This document shows positions 51,014 to 64,000 of a DNA stretch of 64,000 nt, one piece after another (positions within the stretch are counted from its first letter, which is position 1; each line of letters begins with the position of its first letter). Position numbers and translations under genes: made by a program. The notes beneath the pieces are model-generated. The model made no database searches. It was not told the DNA's origin and saw nothing but the letters and a program-made list of their open reading frames with translations. The stretch is from Blasia pusilla (Eukaryota). Where the stretch lies: assembly GCA_050084515.1 (NCBI GenBank), contig CM114271.1:14198001-14262000 (forward strand), read 5' to 3'.

Positions 51014-54000
51014 TGACGTGCGCATACATATCGCTACACAACATACATCGCTGTCACCAAACACACACACAAACACGCACGATCCCATGCTAACTCATGG
51101 CATCCAAAAACAGACGCGAGAAGTACCAAAATATCTCCAATAAAATAAGATCCAATCTCTCTCTACACCATCTCACACCATAGCTCTCAAAGGTGTGCAC
51201 TCTCTCTCATGTCAAACCAAACCCACTCTCCTAATGAGAGGCTTGGGTTACACACATAAGGCAAGCAAGACCATAGCTCCGCCACCTCATGCCAAGAGGT
51301 TCAACAAAGAGAGAATGAGCTCTCAAGCTCTCTCTCCTTGAGGTATACCCCTCCCCTCTCCCAAGCTCTCTCCATGGTAACCTATTCTCCCGAGTTACCT
51401 CCTTGGCTCTTGACCTCATGTAGGAGGTCAAGGGCCACTTACCAAAATTATAAAGTCAATCATATACTCAAAATAGTAATTGCCTAAAATAGTAAGTTCC
51501 TCAATATGGCTCCAAATGGGCCGAAACAAAGGGAAAACCTGCTCTCTTAGGTTTCTCGAGGCCTTAGCAGGTCATCCTCGACCTACTGAGCCTGTCCTCC
51601 ACTACTCACAAAGGCGCTCTACTAGATCTCACTGATCTATCCTAAAAGATATGACAATTGTCGTGTGCATACACATCGCTACACAACCTACATCGTTGTC
51701 ACCGAACACACACACAAACACACACGATCCCATGCTAACTCATGACATCCAAACACAAAGGCGAGGAGTACCAAAATATCTCCAATCGCCCCCTTAGTGG
51801 TTAGGTCCCTCTAACTCCAGATAGCCATCTATCCCTACCTACCACAACATACATCTCTAGGACGCTAAGAGCAGAAAGGTCGGGTGCTCATGTGGCCCCA
51901 TCGTTAGTCGCCTTCCTATCATCCATGTCACATAAAAAGTCGAGATCGAAACCTGCCTAGTATCTCCTCTATCTATATTTGGGACACATCCATTGTCCCC
52001 GAGGAATCTTAGTGAGAGGTGGCGTCAAACATGCCATATGGAAACCTCTCGAACATCCATCACAGACTAGCATCGTGGCCGCACCACGAGCAGAACCACA
52101 CAACATACAATGCAAGCCTGCAGGAACTACAACTGAGCTCGGATCTACTGTACCATCAATGTTAGGAAGGTGACATGACGCACAATTACGCAGATGGTCC
52201 TTCCATACCATACCATCGCGTCCCTCCAGCAAGAGAACATCAGAGGGCAAAACGTCACGCACTCTCACGATAGTGCGCCCTGTAGTCACATCCAACGTCA
52301 TCGGTGCCGTCTGTTGCAAGTAGACATAATCTCCCTGATGAAACCTCCGGATAGTTGGTTGATAACCACCACCCGGAATAGTCGCATACCTCAACGTATC
52401 CCGATGTTGCGCAATCGCCAAGTTCTCAAACGCCATGGGCATCACTCTCCGAAACAACTCAGCCCTCTGAGAATATGCTCGCATCCATACATCTGGGTCA
52501 TCAAGATCCAGCACCTCACCAAAATCTCGACGAATGGCCATAGGTAAATCTTGCTCTCGGCCATAAAGTAGCAAGTACGGTGAAAAATACGCTAAGGATG
52601 CCTGCATGCTGAATCTGTATCCCATCGCCAACCATGGCAACTAGAGGTCCCAATCTCCTAGGTGACCTCTCTACAAGCCATACTTGCATAAACCCCTCTT
52701 CATCGTCTGCACAACTCTCTCTGGCTAATCCATCCACCTTGAGATGATCTTGCGAAGTCGTGCGGTGGTCGATCAGCACCTGATCACACAAGGTCTGGAA
52801 CTCACCGCGAAACTCGTTACCTTGGTCTGTCAACACCTGAGCCGGTGCGCCATAATGACTCAGCACTCTCTCAAGGAAGGCATACGCTACTCCCTCACTT
52901 GCTTTGTCAGGAAATGCAACCAACTCGATCCACTTTGAGAAGTGCTCGACCATCACCAACACATAACGACTGTGACGCTCCGTCAAAGGCAAAGGTCTTG
53001 CAAAATCCAAACTCCATCTATACCCTAAGCCCATGATCGGTAATGGATGCAACTGTAGAGTCGGAGCATTGAATGATGCTTGGACCCGATCACACACCAT
53101 GCACATGGCAACAAACTGTTGAACGTCAGTCTGCATACCTCGGCACCAATACTGAATCTGGAGCAAGTTGTACGTCCGCTTCACCCCAAAGTGACCCAAC
53201 TCCTCGTGGACATGCTGCACTATTTGTGCTCTCTACAAAGGATGCGGCACTACGCGTACTCTACCATCCTCCCAAACCCTCAAAACATGTGTTCCCTCCC
53301 AACGGAACCGTCAGGCCCGCTGTATGATCCGATCCCACTCTCTAGCATCCACGGTGCTCGCAACGCTACCAATATGAAGGTACTCCAAGACTACTCCATC
53401 ATCATGAATATCTCAGCCACCTGTAGTCTCCTCACTGGCCTCGGGATCCAAGGACTCTCCACTAGACCTCGCCATCGAAGTCTCCACACTCTGGCTCTCC
53501 ATAGCCAACATGCCTAAATAGGCTGACGCGTGCCATCTTGGCACTGACTCCTCATCACTCTCTCCATGCCATCGAGCTCAAGTCGCATCTTGTTGACTCG
53601 GGCATGGGTTACGACTCAACCCATCTATATCCTGGTTGAGTGTCCGAGGTCTATGTACCACCTGAAAATCATACTCCTGCAACAACAAAGCCCATCTTGC
53701 AAGCTTCCATGTAAGCTTGTCGGACTCCATCAACCACTTTAGTGGTTGATGATCAGTGATGATGGTAAAGGGGTTGCCGAATAAGTAACACCTGAAATGC
53801 GCGACAGCCCATATTATAGCCAAGCACTCACCCTCATACGAGTTGTACTTCCCCTCTACAGCGTTGTTTGAGCGGCTCGCATAAGCCACCACAAACTCTC
53901 TACCCTCATCGTCATGTTGGGTGAGCACCGATCCAAGCCCCAACATGCTCCAATCTGTGTGCAACTAGAAAGGACGCCCCTTGATCGGTCTCTTCAAGAT

Positions 54001-57000
54001 GGGCGCAGACGTCAACCTATCCTTGAGCAATTGAAATGCTTGCTCTTGCTCATCCCCCCAGTGCCACTCATGATCCATCTTGGTGAGCGGCTTTGCAATC
54101 AAACTGAATCCCTTGACGTACCGCCGATAGAAGTTTGCCAATCCCATGAATGCACGAACACGGCTCACATCTGTAGGGCGTGGAATGCGTGAGATAGCCT
54201 CTACCTTCGTCTACTGAACACTAAGACTCCCTGGGTATATCGTATGACCAAAGTACTCAATCTGGTCGTAGAAGAACTTGCACTTGTCTGGATGTAGCTT
54301 CATCCCATGTAATTGCAATCGTCGAAACACCTTCTCTAGATGTCACTCATGCTCCTCAACCGTGGCGCTAAAGACTACGATGTCATCAATATAACACCTA
54401 GCAAAATCCTGACCAGCCAAGATCCTATCCATGACCCTCTGAAACTCAATCGGGGTGTTCTTTAACCCAAATGGTAAGAACCGCCACTAATACAAACAAT
54501 CCTTCCTATGAGAATCGATGCCCCAAAATGCCATCTTCTGCCTATCCTCCAATCTAATAGGCAGGTGATGGTATCCGGCTCGCAAATCCAATGAACTGAA
54601 TACGTTTGCGTGACCAATTGCATCAAAGATCTTCTCAGGGATGGGCATGGCATACCTATCAGACTTTGTTTGCCAATTGATAGGTTGGTAATCCCCACAC
54701 ATCCGCCTATTTGTCCAGTTGCCATGCACATCTTTCTTGGCGGGCATGATAGTGGCAGATGCATACTCCCCATGCGACATCTCCACTAGTCCTACTCCAA
54801 CAAAGTCCTGGCTCCTACTCTAAATCAGAGCCCTCTCCATATCAATGTACTTGTAGGGTCATCGGAAGATCGGCGTATCACTCGACAACTCAATGCGAAT
54901 CCCCGGTCCCTTCAATGTACCCAAATCCTCCATGCTAAACACAAAGCAGCTCCTATAACTCTTGAGGAACCGATGTATTCGGCGCCGCTCTCCTCCTGTC
55001 AACTTAGGGCCCATATCTGGCTCCCAAGTCTCCATCGTGAGTACGGTAGGACTCTCCGGCGCAGATATCGGTGATTTTTTGGTGCAACCCCGTCTCAAAC
55101 AACAAAGCTCGATCGCTCTCCTACAGCCAACTGCAAACTCTGATCTCCTCCACATGCAGTGCCCGGAACCACGCTCAATGTTGTGGCTATCATCTCCTTG
55201 CGTACCTCCAAAACTCACAAACGTGGAAAAGGTTGCCCGCAACTTGCCTACCCTGTTGACCACACTCAACGGTGGTCAATCATCGTGCCTCAGTGCGTGT
55301 GAGCAACGATCTGATCTAGAATGGAATCCACTAACAAATAGGAGGGGCGCTCCACTCTCGCATACGCCCTCCGTAACACTGCATGGGGCACCAAGTTGGT
55401 CCACCATAGACGCGGGCGATGGGCTATAGATCCTACACTCGGCGCATCCAAGAATACTGTTGGGCCGATCTAGGCACGTACCTGATGAGCACTCGTCACC
55501 ACCCGTGACCTGGAGTCTCCTAAGATCGGCACATTCTCCAGAATGTAGGCTGGAGAACAAGATTGGTGCTCCTTCAACTGCCGTAAGACCCTCAACATCT
55601 CCCAAAACAACCTGGACCGAGTGTCAACCAACCCGCTGCCTCATCCAACACTCAATTGGCCTTGACATGGCCAAATGGCAATGACCAAATCAATGGTGTC
55701 TGACCGGTCTAAGTCTTGCGCCCCCAACAACAAAATATCCCTCGGTAGGGAACTCTAGTACGCGTGTACCGCGGACGCAGACAATAAGTCGAGAAAACAT
55801 AGGCATAACTACGCCACATATCATAGTGAGACGGGCCTTGCAACATCATCACTCTCCATATACAAGTATTGTTGCACTCGCACTCTTGCCTGAAAAACAA
55901 TAGCCAACCCGCTGCAAATCCCTCCAAAGAGATCTAACACTCGAATACCCTCCTCCGGGGTACACCACACAAATGGGGGGGGCACCATCCGCGCCCATCA
56001 CCGCCTGTCCCCGCCCGTCGCCGCCCGTCCGCCGCCCATCACCGCCGCGCCCTAACCCTAGCCTCCTTTACTTGACAGCCCCCCGGTGGCTGCAAGTCCT
56101 CAAGCTGCTTTTCTTCTCTCTCGTGACACCCTCACTCGCGTACACCCAACGCTCCACCGCAAACTACACTCGGCTATTATCCCGTATCAATCCGTACCAA
56201 CAAAATCTGAGAAAAACGGACAGCGCTTCCTCCCACGGCCTTCCGAACAGAAAAAATGACAAATACAACGCCAACCTACGTCTCCAAGGGCTCCCGACCA
56301 AGGCAACTCGCTTGCCTACCTGCTAACAAAAAATTCCCACCTACCCCCTAACATCTTTCTCATGTTAAAATAAAGAGTAGTAAAAATGACACACCCGGCC
56401 TAAAACTCCACTCCTCAATCTACATCGACATATCGAGCCTCGTCCACCCTGTGCTATCAAGGAATCCGGACGCTAGCATCCTAGTCCTATCGCACACACA
56501 CACAAGGGAGGTGGTCCAACGGCCCAACATGAGAAAGATGGCTTAGGAAAGCCATCTTCCTCTCTTATATAGGGTTGGAAAGAGCCAAAAGGCTCTTCCC
56601 CTAAAAATAGCCCTCTCCTTGGTAACCTTCGCGCACAAGTTATCAGGGGCGGGTGACCTGGTCAACAAGTCATCCGGTTGTGAAATACCTCAACATGAAA
56701 GTTGTCAGAAATGACGTTGCTGACACAATGGACCTATCCTCAACCTCATTCAACACTGTGGGACAAAGTTACACTCAAGATAGTCCGTTGGCTCCTACGC
56801 CCTATCCACGATAGATCTCAGCCTATCCGCTACTCAGATGTGACAATCGCCTAGCAATGGCAATTTTTCAAGATTGAACATAACTTTTTACTCACAACTC
56901 CAAATTGTGCATTGTTTGTTGCACAACGTGCACAGCTTCACGATCTACAATGGCATCAAAAAATATTTGGAATTGAACATTCCAGTAAAAATTGACAAGG

Positions 57001-57630
57001 ACTATCGTAAAGCCCAATGTCCTCCTATATAAAATTCGACAGCGCTTCCGCGCTGATTTCTCTCAAGCTGTAAAAATACAAATCAGCAAGCTACATGGTG
57101 CTCCCAAGAGCACTAGCATGGGGCAACCTACCCCCATAATCAATCCCTATTAGAATTTGGGTAGCGCTTCCGCGCGCCACTCTTTCATACAAAAAATCGG
57201 CAAATGCAACAAACAATCAAAGCAACCCTTGCTCCGGTAAGCACTCCCATGAGCCGCTCAACGGGGAACACGGTCCCCAACCTGAAAAAAATAGCGAGTG
57301 ACCAGAAAGATCCCCCATGAAGCTCTCTCACTCTCTCATTCTGAGATTCTCTCATTCTCTCATCCCCTCTCACACAATCTTACTCTCTCATTCTCTCTTT
57401 GTAAAGTAAGATCCAATCTCTCTCTACACCATCTCACACCATAGCTCTCAAAGGTATGCACTCTCTCTCATGTCAAACCAAACCCACTCTCCTAATGAGA
57501 GGCTTGGATTACACTCACAAGGCAAGGGACCATAGCTCCGCCGCCTCATGCCAAGAGGTTCAACAAAGAGAGAATGAGCTCTCAAGCTCTCTCTCCTTGA
57601 GGTATATCCCTCCCCTCTCCCAAGCTCTCT
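51014..57630 (-). mobile_element. E6: beta-subfamily element nested in the RT of E5
   Basis: B2 51014-51141, A2 51142-51656, AT spacer, B1 51659-51786; PHD-IN 51969-53220; RH/RT to ~55040; MTase ~55200-55975 (IRVLDLFGGICSG, DLVIAIWPCQG, ILENV); beta leader 56846-57400 (like 31780-32270); truncated A1 57408-57630. Gag/PR missing. Confidence 0.85.
55976..56845 (-). mobile_element. 5' end (A-alpha plus part of leader) of an alpha element inserted into the E6 leader
   Basis: Reverse complement of 59529-~60320; terminus ...CAGATGTGACA at 56845. Confidence 0.85.
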
Positions 57631-59528
57631 AGCAAAATCTAGACCTGCCAAAATCCTATCCATGACCCTCTGAAACTCAACCGGGGCGTTCTTTAACCCG
57701 AATGGTAAGAACCGCCACTGATACAAACAATCCTTCTCGTGAAGGTCGATGCCCCAAAATGTCGTCTTCTACCTGTCCTCCAATTTGATAGGCAGTTGAT
57801 GATATCCGGCTCGTGAATCCAATGAATTGAAGACCCAACCGCATCAAAGATCTCCTAAAGGGTGGGCATGACATACTTATCGGACTTCATCTGCCGATTG
57901 ATAGGTCAGTAATCTCCACACATCCGCCTATCCGTCCAGTTACCATGCACATCCTTCTTGGCGGGCATGACAGTGGCAGATACATACTCTCCATGTGACA
58001 TCTCCACTCCATGTCACCACTCCTACTCCAACCAAGTCATGGCTCCTACTCTCAATTAGATCCCTCTCCATGTCACTATACTTGTTGGGTCGTCGGAAGA
58101 TCGCCCTGTCACTCGATAACTCAATGCGGATCCCTGGACCCTTCAGCATACCTAAATCATGCATACTACATGCAAAACAGCTCTTATAACTCCTAAGGAA
58201 CTGGTGTATCCGATGCCACTCTCTTCCTGTCAACTTAGGGCCCATATCTGGCTCCCAAGTCTCCATTGTGAGTACGGTATGACTCTCCGGCACGGATGTT
58301 GGTGGTTGCTATGGTGCAACCCCGTCTCGGACAATAGAACTCTCATCTCCACGTGTAGTACCCGGAACCACGCTCGATGGTGTAGCTATCATCTCCTCGC
58401 GTACCTGCAAAACATCCCAAGAAGTCCAAGAGTGTCTCTCCCGATCATCCCTGGTATGTCGATCTCCTCGGGTCTTGCCCCCAACCACTGCCTCAACCGT
58501 CTCAGTAGGCATGGGGCTCACCAATGCAAATTTTGTGATGTGATGCATCCTCAAACGACGTTGCTCAGCTACTCCTAAGCTGAAAATCCATGTCAAGCAA
58601 TTGAGGCAGTGGTTGGTTGACCCGCTATAAGCTAACCCGCTACCTCGTCCAGCACTCGATTGGCCCTGACATGACCAACCAGAAATCACCAAGTCTATGG
58701 TCCCTACTCACTCCAAGTCCTACGCCCCCAACAATGAAATGTCCCTCTGTAGGGAACTTTGGTATCCTTGAATGGCGGACATAGACAACAAGTCGGGAAA
58801 ACACACGCGTAACCGTGCCACATGGTGAAGTGAAATGCGCCTTGCAACATCATCAATCTCCACATAGAATCAAGAGATGGTTCCCAAGAGCCATCATTCT
58901 CATGTTGACCTTACGAAACACTCCTTATTCAAGAGTTTGGTATACGTCAGAGCTAGAATGTTAGAGTCTAGATCCTTCATAATGGAAGGTGGTTGTGGCG
59001 TAATGACGTTGTGTATCATCATGAATAGTGTCGGCCATGTGAGCCATTTTTAACTTATTGTACATGAGAAAGATGTGAGTGGGATACTGGAAATTCACTA
59101 TGTGTATGTTGGTGGTCAAATAATCTCATTCTTCCGGGAAATCTTTGTTTCTTGTTCTTTTTTAGTGTCGTGCATGATTTCTTTCTTGGTTCACCATGTT
59201 GCTTCTCCTTATGTTCAATTTACTTACATCACATTGTAGGTCAAGCATTCTATACTTGCTAGAACATTTGCATTCAATTTTTTCTCGGGAATGACATCTA
59301 TCAATTCAAATTGTCTCGATGGAGGCATTAGTAGAGCTATTTTCAGTAGTTGTTGATTTTTTGTTTGGAAGGTTGTGCATTGAAGCATATCCTATAGAAA
59401 ATTGGCAAGATTGTTTCTTTTCCATGAGATTTTTTGATAGCAAGTCTACTTAGGAATAACAATAGAGTGAGGTAGACAATTTTGTGGGTGTGTGGCGTAA
59501 GGTGGTAATTTCATTGAAGGATGAGTAG

Positions 59529-62500
59529 TGTCACATCTGAGTAGCCGATAGGCCGAGATCTATCGTGGATAGGGCGTAGGAGCCAGGGGACTATCTTGAG
59601 TGTAACTTTGTCCCACAGTGTAGGATGAGGTTGAGGATAGGTCCATTGTGTTAGGAACGTCGTTTCTGACGACTTTCATGTTGAGGTCTTTTACAACCGG
59701 GTGACTTGTTGACCAGGTCACCTGCCCTTGGTAACCTGTGCGTGCAGGTTACCAAGGGAAGGGCTATTTTTAGGGGGGACCAACCTATATAAGAGGGGAA
59801 GATGGCTTTCCTAAGCCATCTTTCTCATGTTGGGCCGTTGGACCACCTCCCTTGTATGTGTGTGAGCTAGGACTAGGGTGCTAGCGTCCGGATTCCTTGA
59901 TAGCACAGGGTGGACGAGGCTCGATATGCCGATGTAGATTGAGGAGTGGAGTTTTAGGCCGGGTGTGCCGTTTTTACTACTCGTTATTTTTACATGAGAA
60001 AGATGCTAGGGGGTTGGTGGGAATTCGTTGTTTGCAGGTAGGCAAGCGAGTTTCCTTGGTCGGGAGCCCGTGGAGACGTTGTTTGGCGTCGTGTTGTCAT
60101 CGTGTTTGTCATTTTTCTGTTTGGAAGGCCGTGGGCGGAAGCGCTGTCCGTTTTTCACAGATTTCTTTGGTGCGGGTTGAAGGGGACAACAGCTGAGTAT
60201 AGCGCACGGTGTGCAGCGAGTGGCAGCGAGTGAATCAACGACGAGTGAGTGTCACGTGTCACGAAAGAGAGAGCTTTGCCTTGCAGCCGCCGGGGGGCTG
60301 TCAAGCAAAGGCGACTTGGTAGCTATTTAGGTTACTTGTAGCGTTTTAGGTCATAGAGCCGTGTTAGGTCACTTGGATCCGCGGGGCTTCTAGGTACAGG
60401 CGTCGGACTTGAGCGTCTAAGGAAGGAAGAGAGAGGGACGGGCCCGCATAGGTCCGCGTGCCCATACAGGATCGCGGCTCCATAGGGTAGCGGGAGCTGA
60501 GGAGCTCCTAACGTCGAGGAAGGAGGGGGTGGAAGGAGTCATTATGACTCCAAAGATGGAGGAAGGGCATGGGTTCGCAGCATAGGGCACCGTGCCCAAG
60601 CGGGTAGAACTCAGAGTCGGCCAAGGAAAACAGGCGCCGGGAGTCAGAACGGAGGGAGCCGGGTAGACAAAACCGGGAGCTCCAAGAACCGTGTGTGCAC
60701 GGCTGAAGGGGTTAAGGGGAGAGGAGCCATTATGGCTCCCCGATGGTAGGAGGTTGGGAGCCAAGGATTGGGGAGTGTGCGCATAAGGATGCGCACGGAC
60801 CAGGGAAAGAGTGGCAGGTCCAAGGAACTGGGGTGGAGTTAAGGTGCATAGGGAACCGTGCAAGGAAGGGCCGCGTAAGGAGGAAGGGAGAGCGGGGAGC
60901 CATGGAGGGCTCGTCCAGGAGTAAAGAGGGAGCCGGGTGGGCTCCAAGTGTAGAGAAGAAGGAGTGAGGGTGCGTCCATAGGGACGCGTGCCTGTAGAGA
61001 GTTAAGGTGAGGGTCGGGCTTTGCTAAGTACGTGGGAGCCGAAGAGTACATAAGGGAAAGGCATGTTATGAGAAGAGCTCCCGTGTACGATGTGTGAGGA
61101 GGTCGCACGCATGGGGACATGATTGTGAGTAGAAGGAAGGAGTCATGATCGAGAAGGAACATAGTAAGGTTGGGACAAAGTAGAACCGAACGTGGTAACA
61201 AGGGTACCCGGTAGGAGTTGGGACAGAGTAAGCGCCAGCTACCAGGTTAGGAGGCGGATGTGGTGGAACTGCTTACGTAGTTAGGAAAGCTGAGTTACGC
61301 CAAGAGTTTGCAACGGGGTGTTGCTGATGGAGTATGAGTATGATGATGCCGATGGGTGGTCTATATCTATTGACGGGAGGTTTGACGTGTGTTCAAGGAG
61401 GGTGTCATGTTACGGAGGTTTCCGTACCACATGGAGGAGTGAGTGTTGACGATGCAGTAGGTTGGTGGGCGTGATCAGGTTACCCATTCGAGTCTCTTTT
61501 CCCGCACTTATCTTGTGTGATTGAGAGTGTTGGGTATCGGGTAGTAGCTGGTGCTAGGTGGGTGCAGTGATGGTGACGAGTGTAGATTCTTTTCATGTGT
61601 AGCATGTTGGTGGATATACGGCGGTTGCTGAGTAGGGGTCACGTGTATGACCCGAGAGAGTGCCGCTAGGTTAGGTGAGTCAGTTGGGAGGCTCATGGTG
61701 AGCCCGAGTGTTGAGTATGCGTGAGGCCGGGTATGTCATCACGGGATTGACGTTAGCATAGGTGAGCTAGTGAGGCGTGTGGGAGACTCTCGGTGAGTCT
61801 GAGTGCTTGAGCGGGTGAGACAGGGTTTGTCATCACGGCGTTCTTCCAAGGTTCGGAAGAACGGGGTAGTGCGAGCAGTGGTAGTGGTGTGTCACAGAGT
61901 GGAGTGAGATACCGAGGGGTTACCAGTGAGGACCTCTCTCGACATCTACCCGTGACTGGATCGTCATCACTAGACACTGGGTCTGGTGACGAGATCACCG
62001 ACAGAGACAGTAGTACTTGGCAGGAGATGGACGACATGGGCCATCGGGGCATGCGTCATTTCTCGGGTGCAGTGGGCACCATCGACTTAGATGACAGCCC
62101 GGAGACTAGATGGAGAGGAGGGCAGTGAGACAGGCGATGTGGCAGAGACCTTTGGTGGTAGAGGGCCACCCATCTCCTCTCACAATCCCATCATATGCCT
62201 CGCGACCACTAGTGGACACATACCCTGGAGCCCAATACATCCTCCAAGCATCGATCTCTACTGAGTATAGTGATCGAAACTCCATGTAGTCATCCATCGG
62301 AGGACCCTCCAAGTGCTGGAACAACCCCTTCCATGCCATGAAAGGATTTAGCCCCACAGTGGAGTTCTTCCGACAGTTGGGGAAGAGCTACTAGGGCGTA
62401 CGCACCGACAAGCTGAAGAGTCTACAGGATTTTCAGCGACGATCGGGTGAGAGTCTGAGAGAGGCCTTCACACGCATGAGGAGGCTGATCATTGCTACAT

Positions 62501-64000
62501 TTGGAGTGATCGAGGCGCATCGATACCCCGATTGGTCTGGGTTCGGACCGAGAACTACGAGGAGAGTCCGAGATGCGGTCTTTGATTCACACAAAGCCCA
62601 CATTGAAGGTGGTCTTTGAGTTGTCAGAGCGTATTGAGCTCAACATGAGTGAGGAGCAGGTAGTGACCGCTGGATTTTCTCGAGAGTCGACGGGTCCACA
62701 AGGGGCGGTGACCCCATAGGTGCCACAGCAAGCACCAGTACCACGGGAGCGGGCCAGTGTGCCTAGAGAGCACGGCGGGTACCGTGAGCCTATGAGGCAA
62801 CGACCCGCACCTACATATGTTGCCCAACAGGGACCGATGTGGTCTTGTTGGACGTGTGGAGGGGCCCATAGGCAGAGAGACTGCCCACAGCATGGGAGAG
62901 GACCACTAGCGCCTCCGATTGCGCAGGAGCCATAGAGGATGGCCCCACCACAGCACCAGTGTGACCATTGCCACAGATATGGTCACACTAGGGATATATG
63001 GTTTGACCTTTGCCGAGGGGCACGTCCAGAGGTAGGCCGAGGGCCTGGGGGCGGTCGTCCTGGAGGAGGTCGGGGAGTTCTTCCTGGACGTGGTGGTAGA
63101 GGACTACCACCAGCCAGAGGAGATGGAGCAGGAGCACCAGAGCCGGCACTTCTCTCACGTATCGATCACTTGGAGCAGAGGATTGTTGCCATGACGATGA
63201 TGCATCTTAGGGAAGGCACGGAGCTGCGAGCAGCTAGTGTGACTCAGCTTCTACCTCTTACCCTGACCCGGGTGAGGATCTCGCCAGTATGGGATTTATG
63301 TGTAGTGCAGCCCAGGTTGAGGCAGATGCAGTGGTGACTCGGGGTGCTGCGAGAGGCACCAAGCCATCGAGAGGTGGAGTTGAGATTGACCCACAAGAGG
63401 GGACCGATGGGCGGCAGGCCAGGGTTCCACAGTCGTTCACACTATCGGAGGCACTACACACACCATCGATGGTGCCTCGATGACCAGCGGTGCCTACAGT
63501 TTAGGCACCTACGTCGACGTCACGAGGAGGTGGAGTGACAACTCCTATGCCGGCTCGAGTGGAGTCAGTGTCGACTATAGTGTTGGAGGTGGCCACTAGA
63601 GTGAGTGAGACTCTGCTATTTTCCGCCTTAGAGTTGGCGACGTTGGGAGTTGGACCAGCTGAGGTGTTCTGGTTGGCCGCCACGTTGTGTGAGCGTGGAG
63701 AGATGACTGCTTCTTGTTCAGAGGTAGTTGAGGAGGTGGTGGACTTGTCCTTAGAGCCGGTGCTTGGGACGTTCCCCACAAAGTCATGGCATGCGGCGGC
63801 GGCAAAGTTGGTAGATATGCCAGCTCGACCGGCCATAGAGCGAGCACTGGTGACACCTAGAGTAGTGTTACTGGATAACCGAGCTGGAGTATTTCGCTTG
63901 GTTAGTCCGACGGGGACAGTATACCACCCACAACGCGTCCTACTTGATTCGGGAGCGCAACCCTTGATGTTAGGGAAGGCGGCATGTTTAGCGTTGGGGT
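59529..64000 (+). mobile_element. E7: alpha-subfamily element (A1, long leader, Gag, start of protease), runs off the window
   Basis: Starts TGTCACATCTGAGTAGC; 61330-64000 is colinear with E1 ~4550-7290 apart from a rearrangement at 62095-62345; RVLLDSGAQPLMLG near 63935. Confidence 0.9.

Larger units (their letters stand above)
47779..58867 (-). mobile_element. E5: beta-subfamily element (47779-51013 and 57631-58867), 5'-truncated, interrupted by E6
   Basis: B2 47779-47906, A2 47907-48427, AT spacer, B1 48430-48557; PHD/IN/RH/RT through 51013; RT N-terminus and internally deleted MTase (VISGWSCQGQSSAG) at 57631-58867. Confidence 0.85.

Noticed and set aside
60417-61201. Pro-rich minus-strand ORFs (also 4171-4644 and 47284-47853) as accessory genes
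   Set aside because: They are antisense readings of G-rich leader DNA, not conserved in frame between copies, and lack recognisable motifs.

Overview
Eukaryotic DNA, most likely from a non-seed land plant such as a moss (inferred from intron style and TE types). About three quarters of the window is nested, decayed retrotransposons around a small gene island. The island holds a 3-exon WD40 gene of the PAK1IP1/MAK11 type (minus strand, 43155-45179) and a multi-exon gene of unknown function (plus strand, ~34570-36386). The dominant repeats are at least 7 full or partial copies, in three subfamilies I label alpha, beta and gamma, of an unusual Ty3/gypsy-like element. Its polyprotein reads Gag - aspartic protease - C5 cytosine DNA methyltransferase (DNMT3-like, motifs I-X in canonical order) - RT - RNase H - DDE integrase - PHD finger. 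The elements lack a conventional LTR pair. They have split direct repeats, A1-[coding]-B1-(2 nt)-A2-B2, with TGTC...GACA ends, and the one copy with both flanks intact has a 4-bp target-site duplication. All copies here carry stops or frameshifts. Also present: a decayed conventional gypsy gag-protease fragment with a PBS, a solo-LTR-like insert, two RLE-type LINE fragments and simple repeats. All domain calls come from reading motifs by eye; no searches were run.
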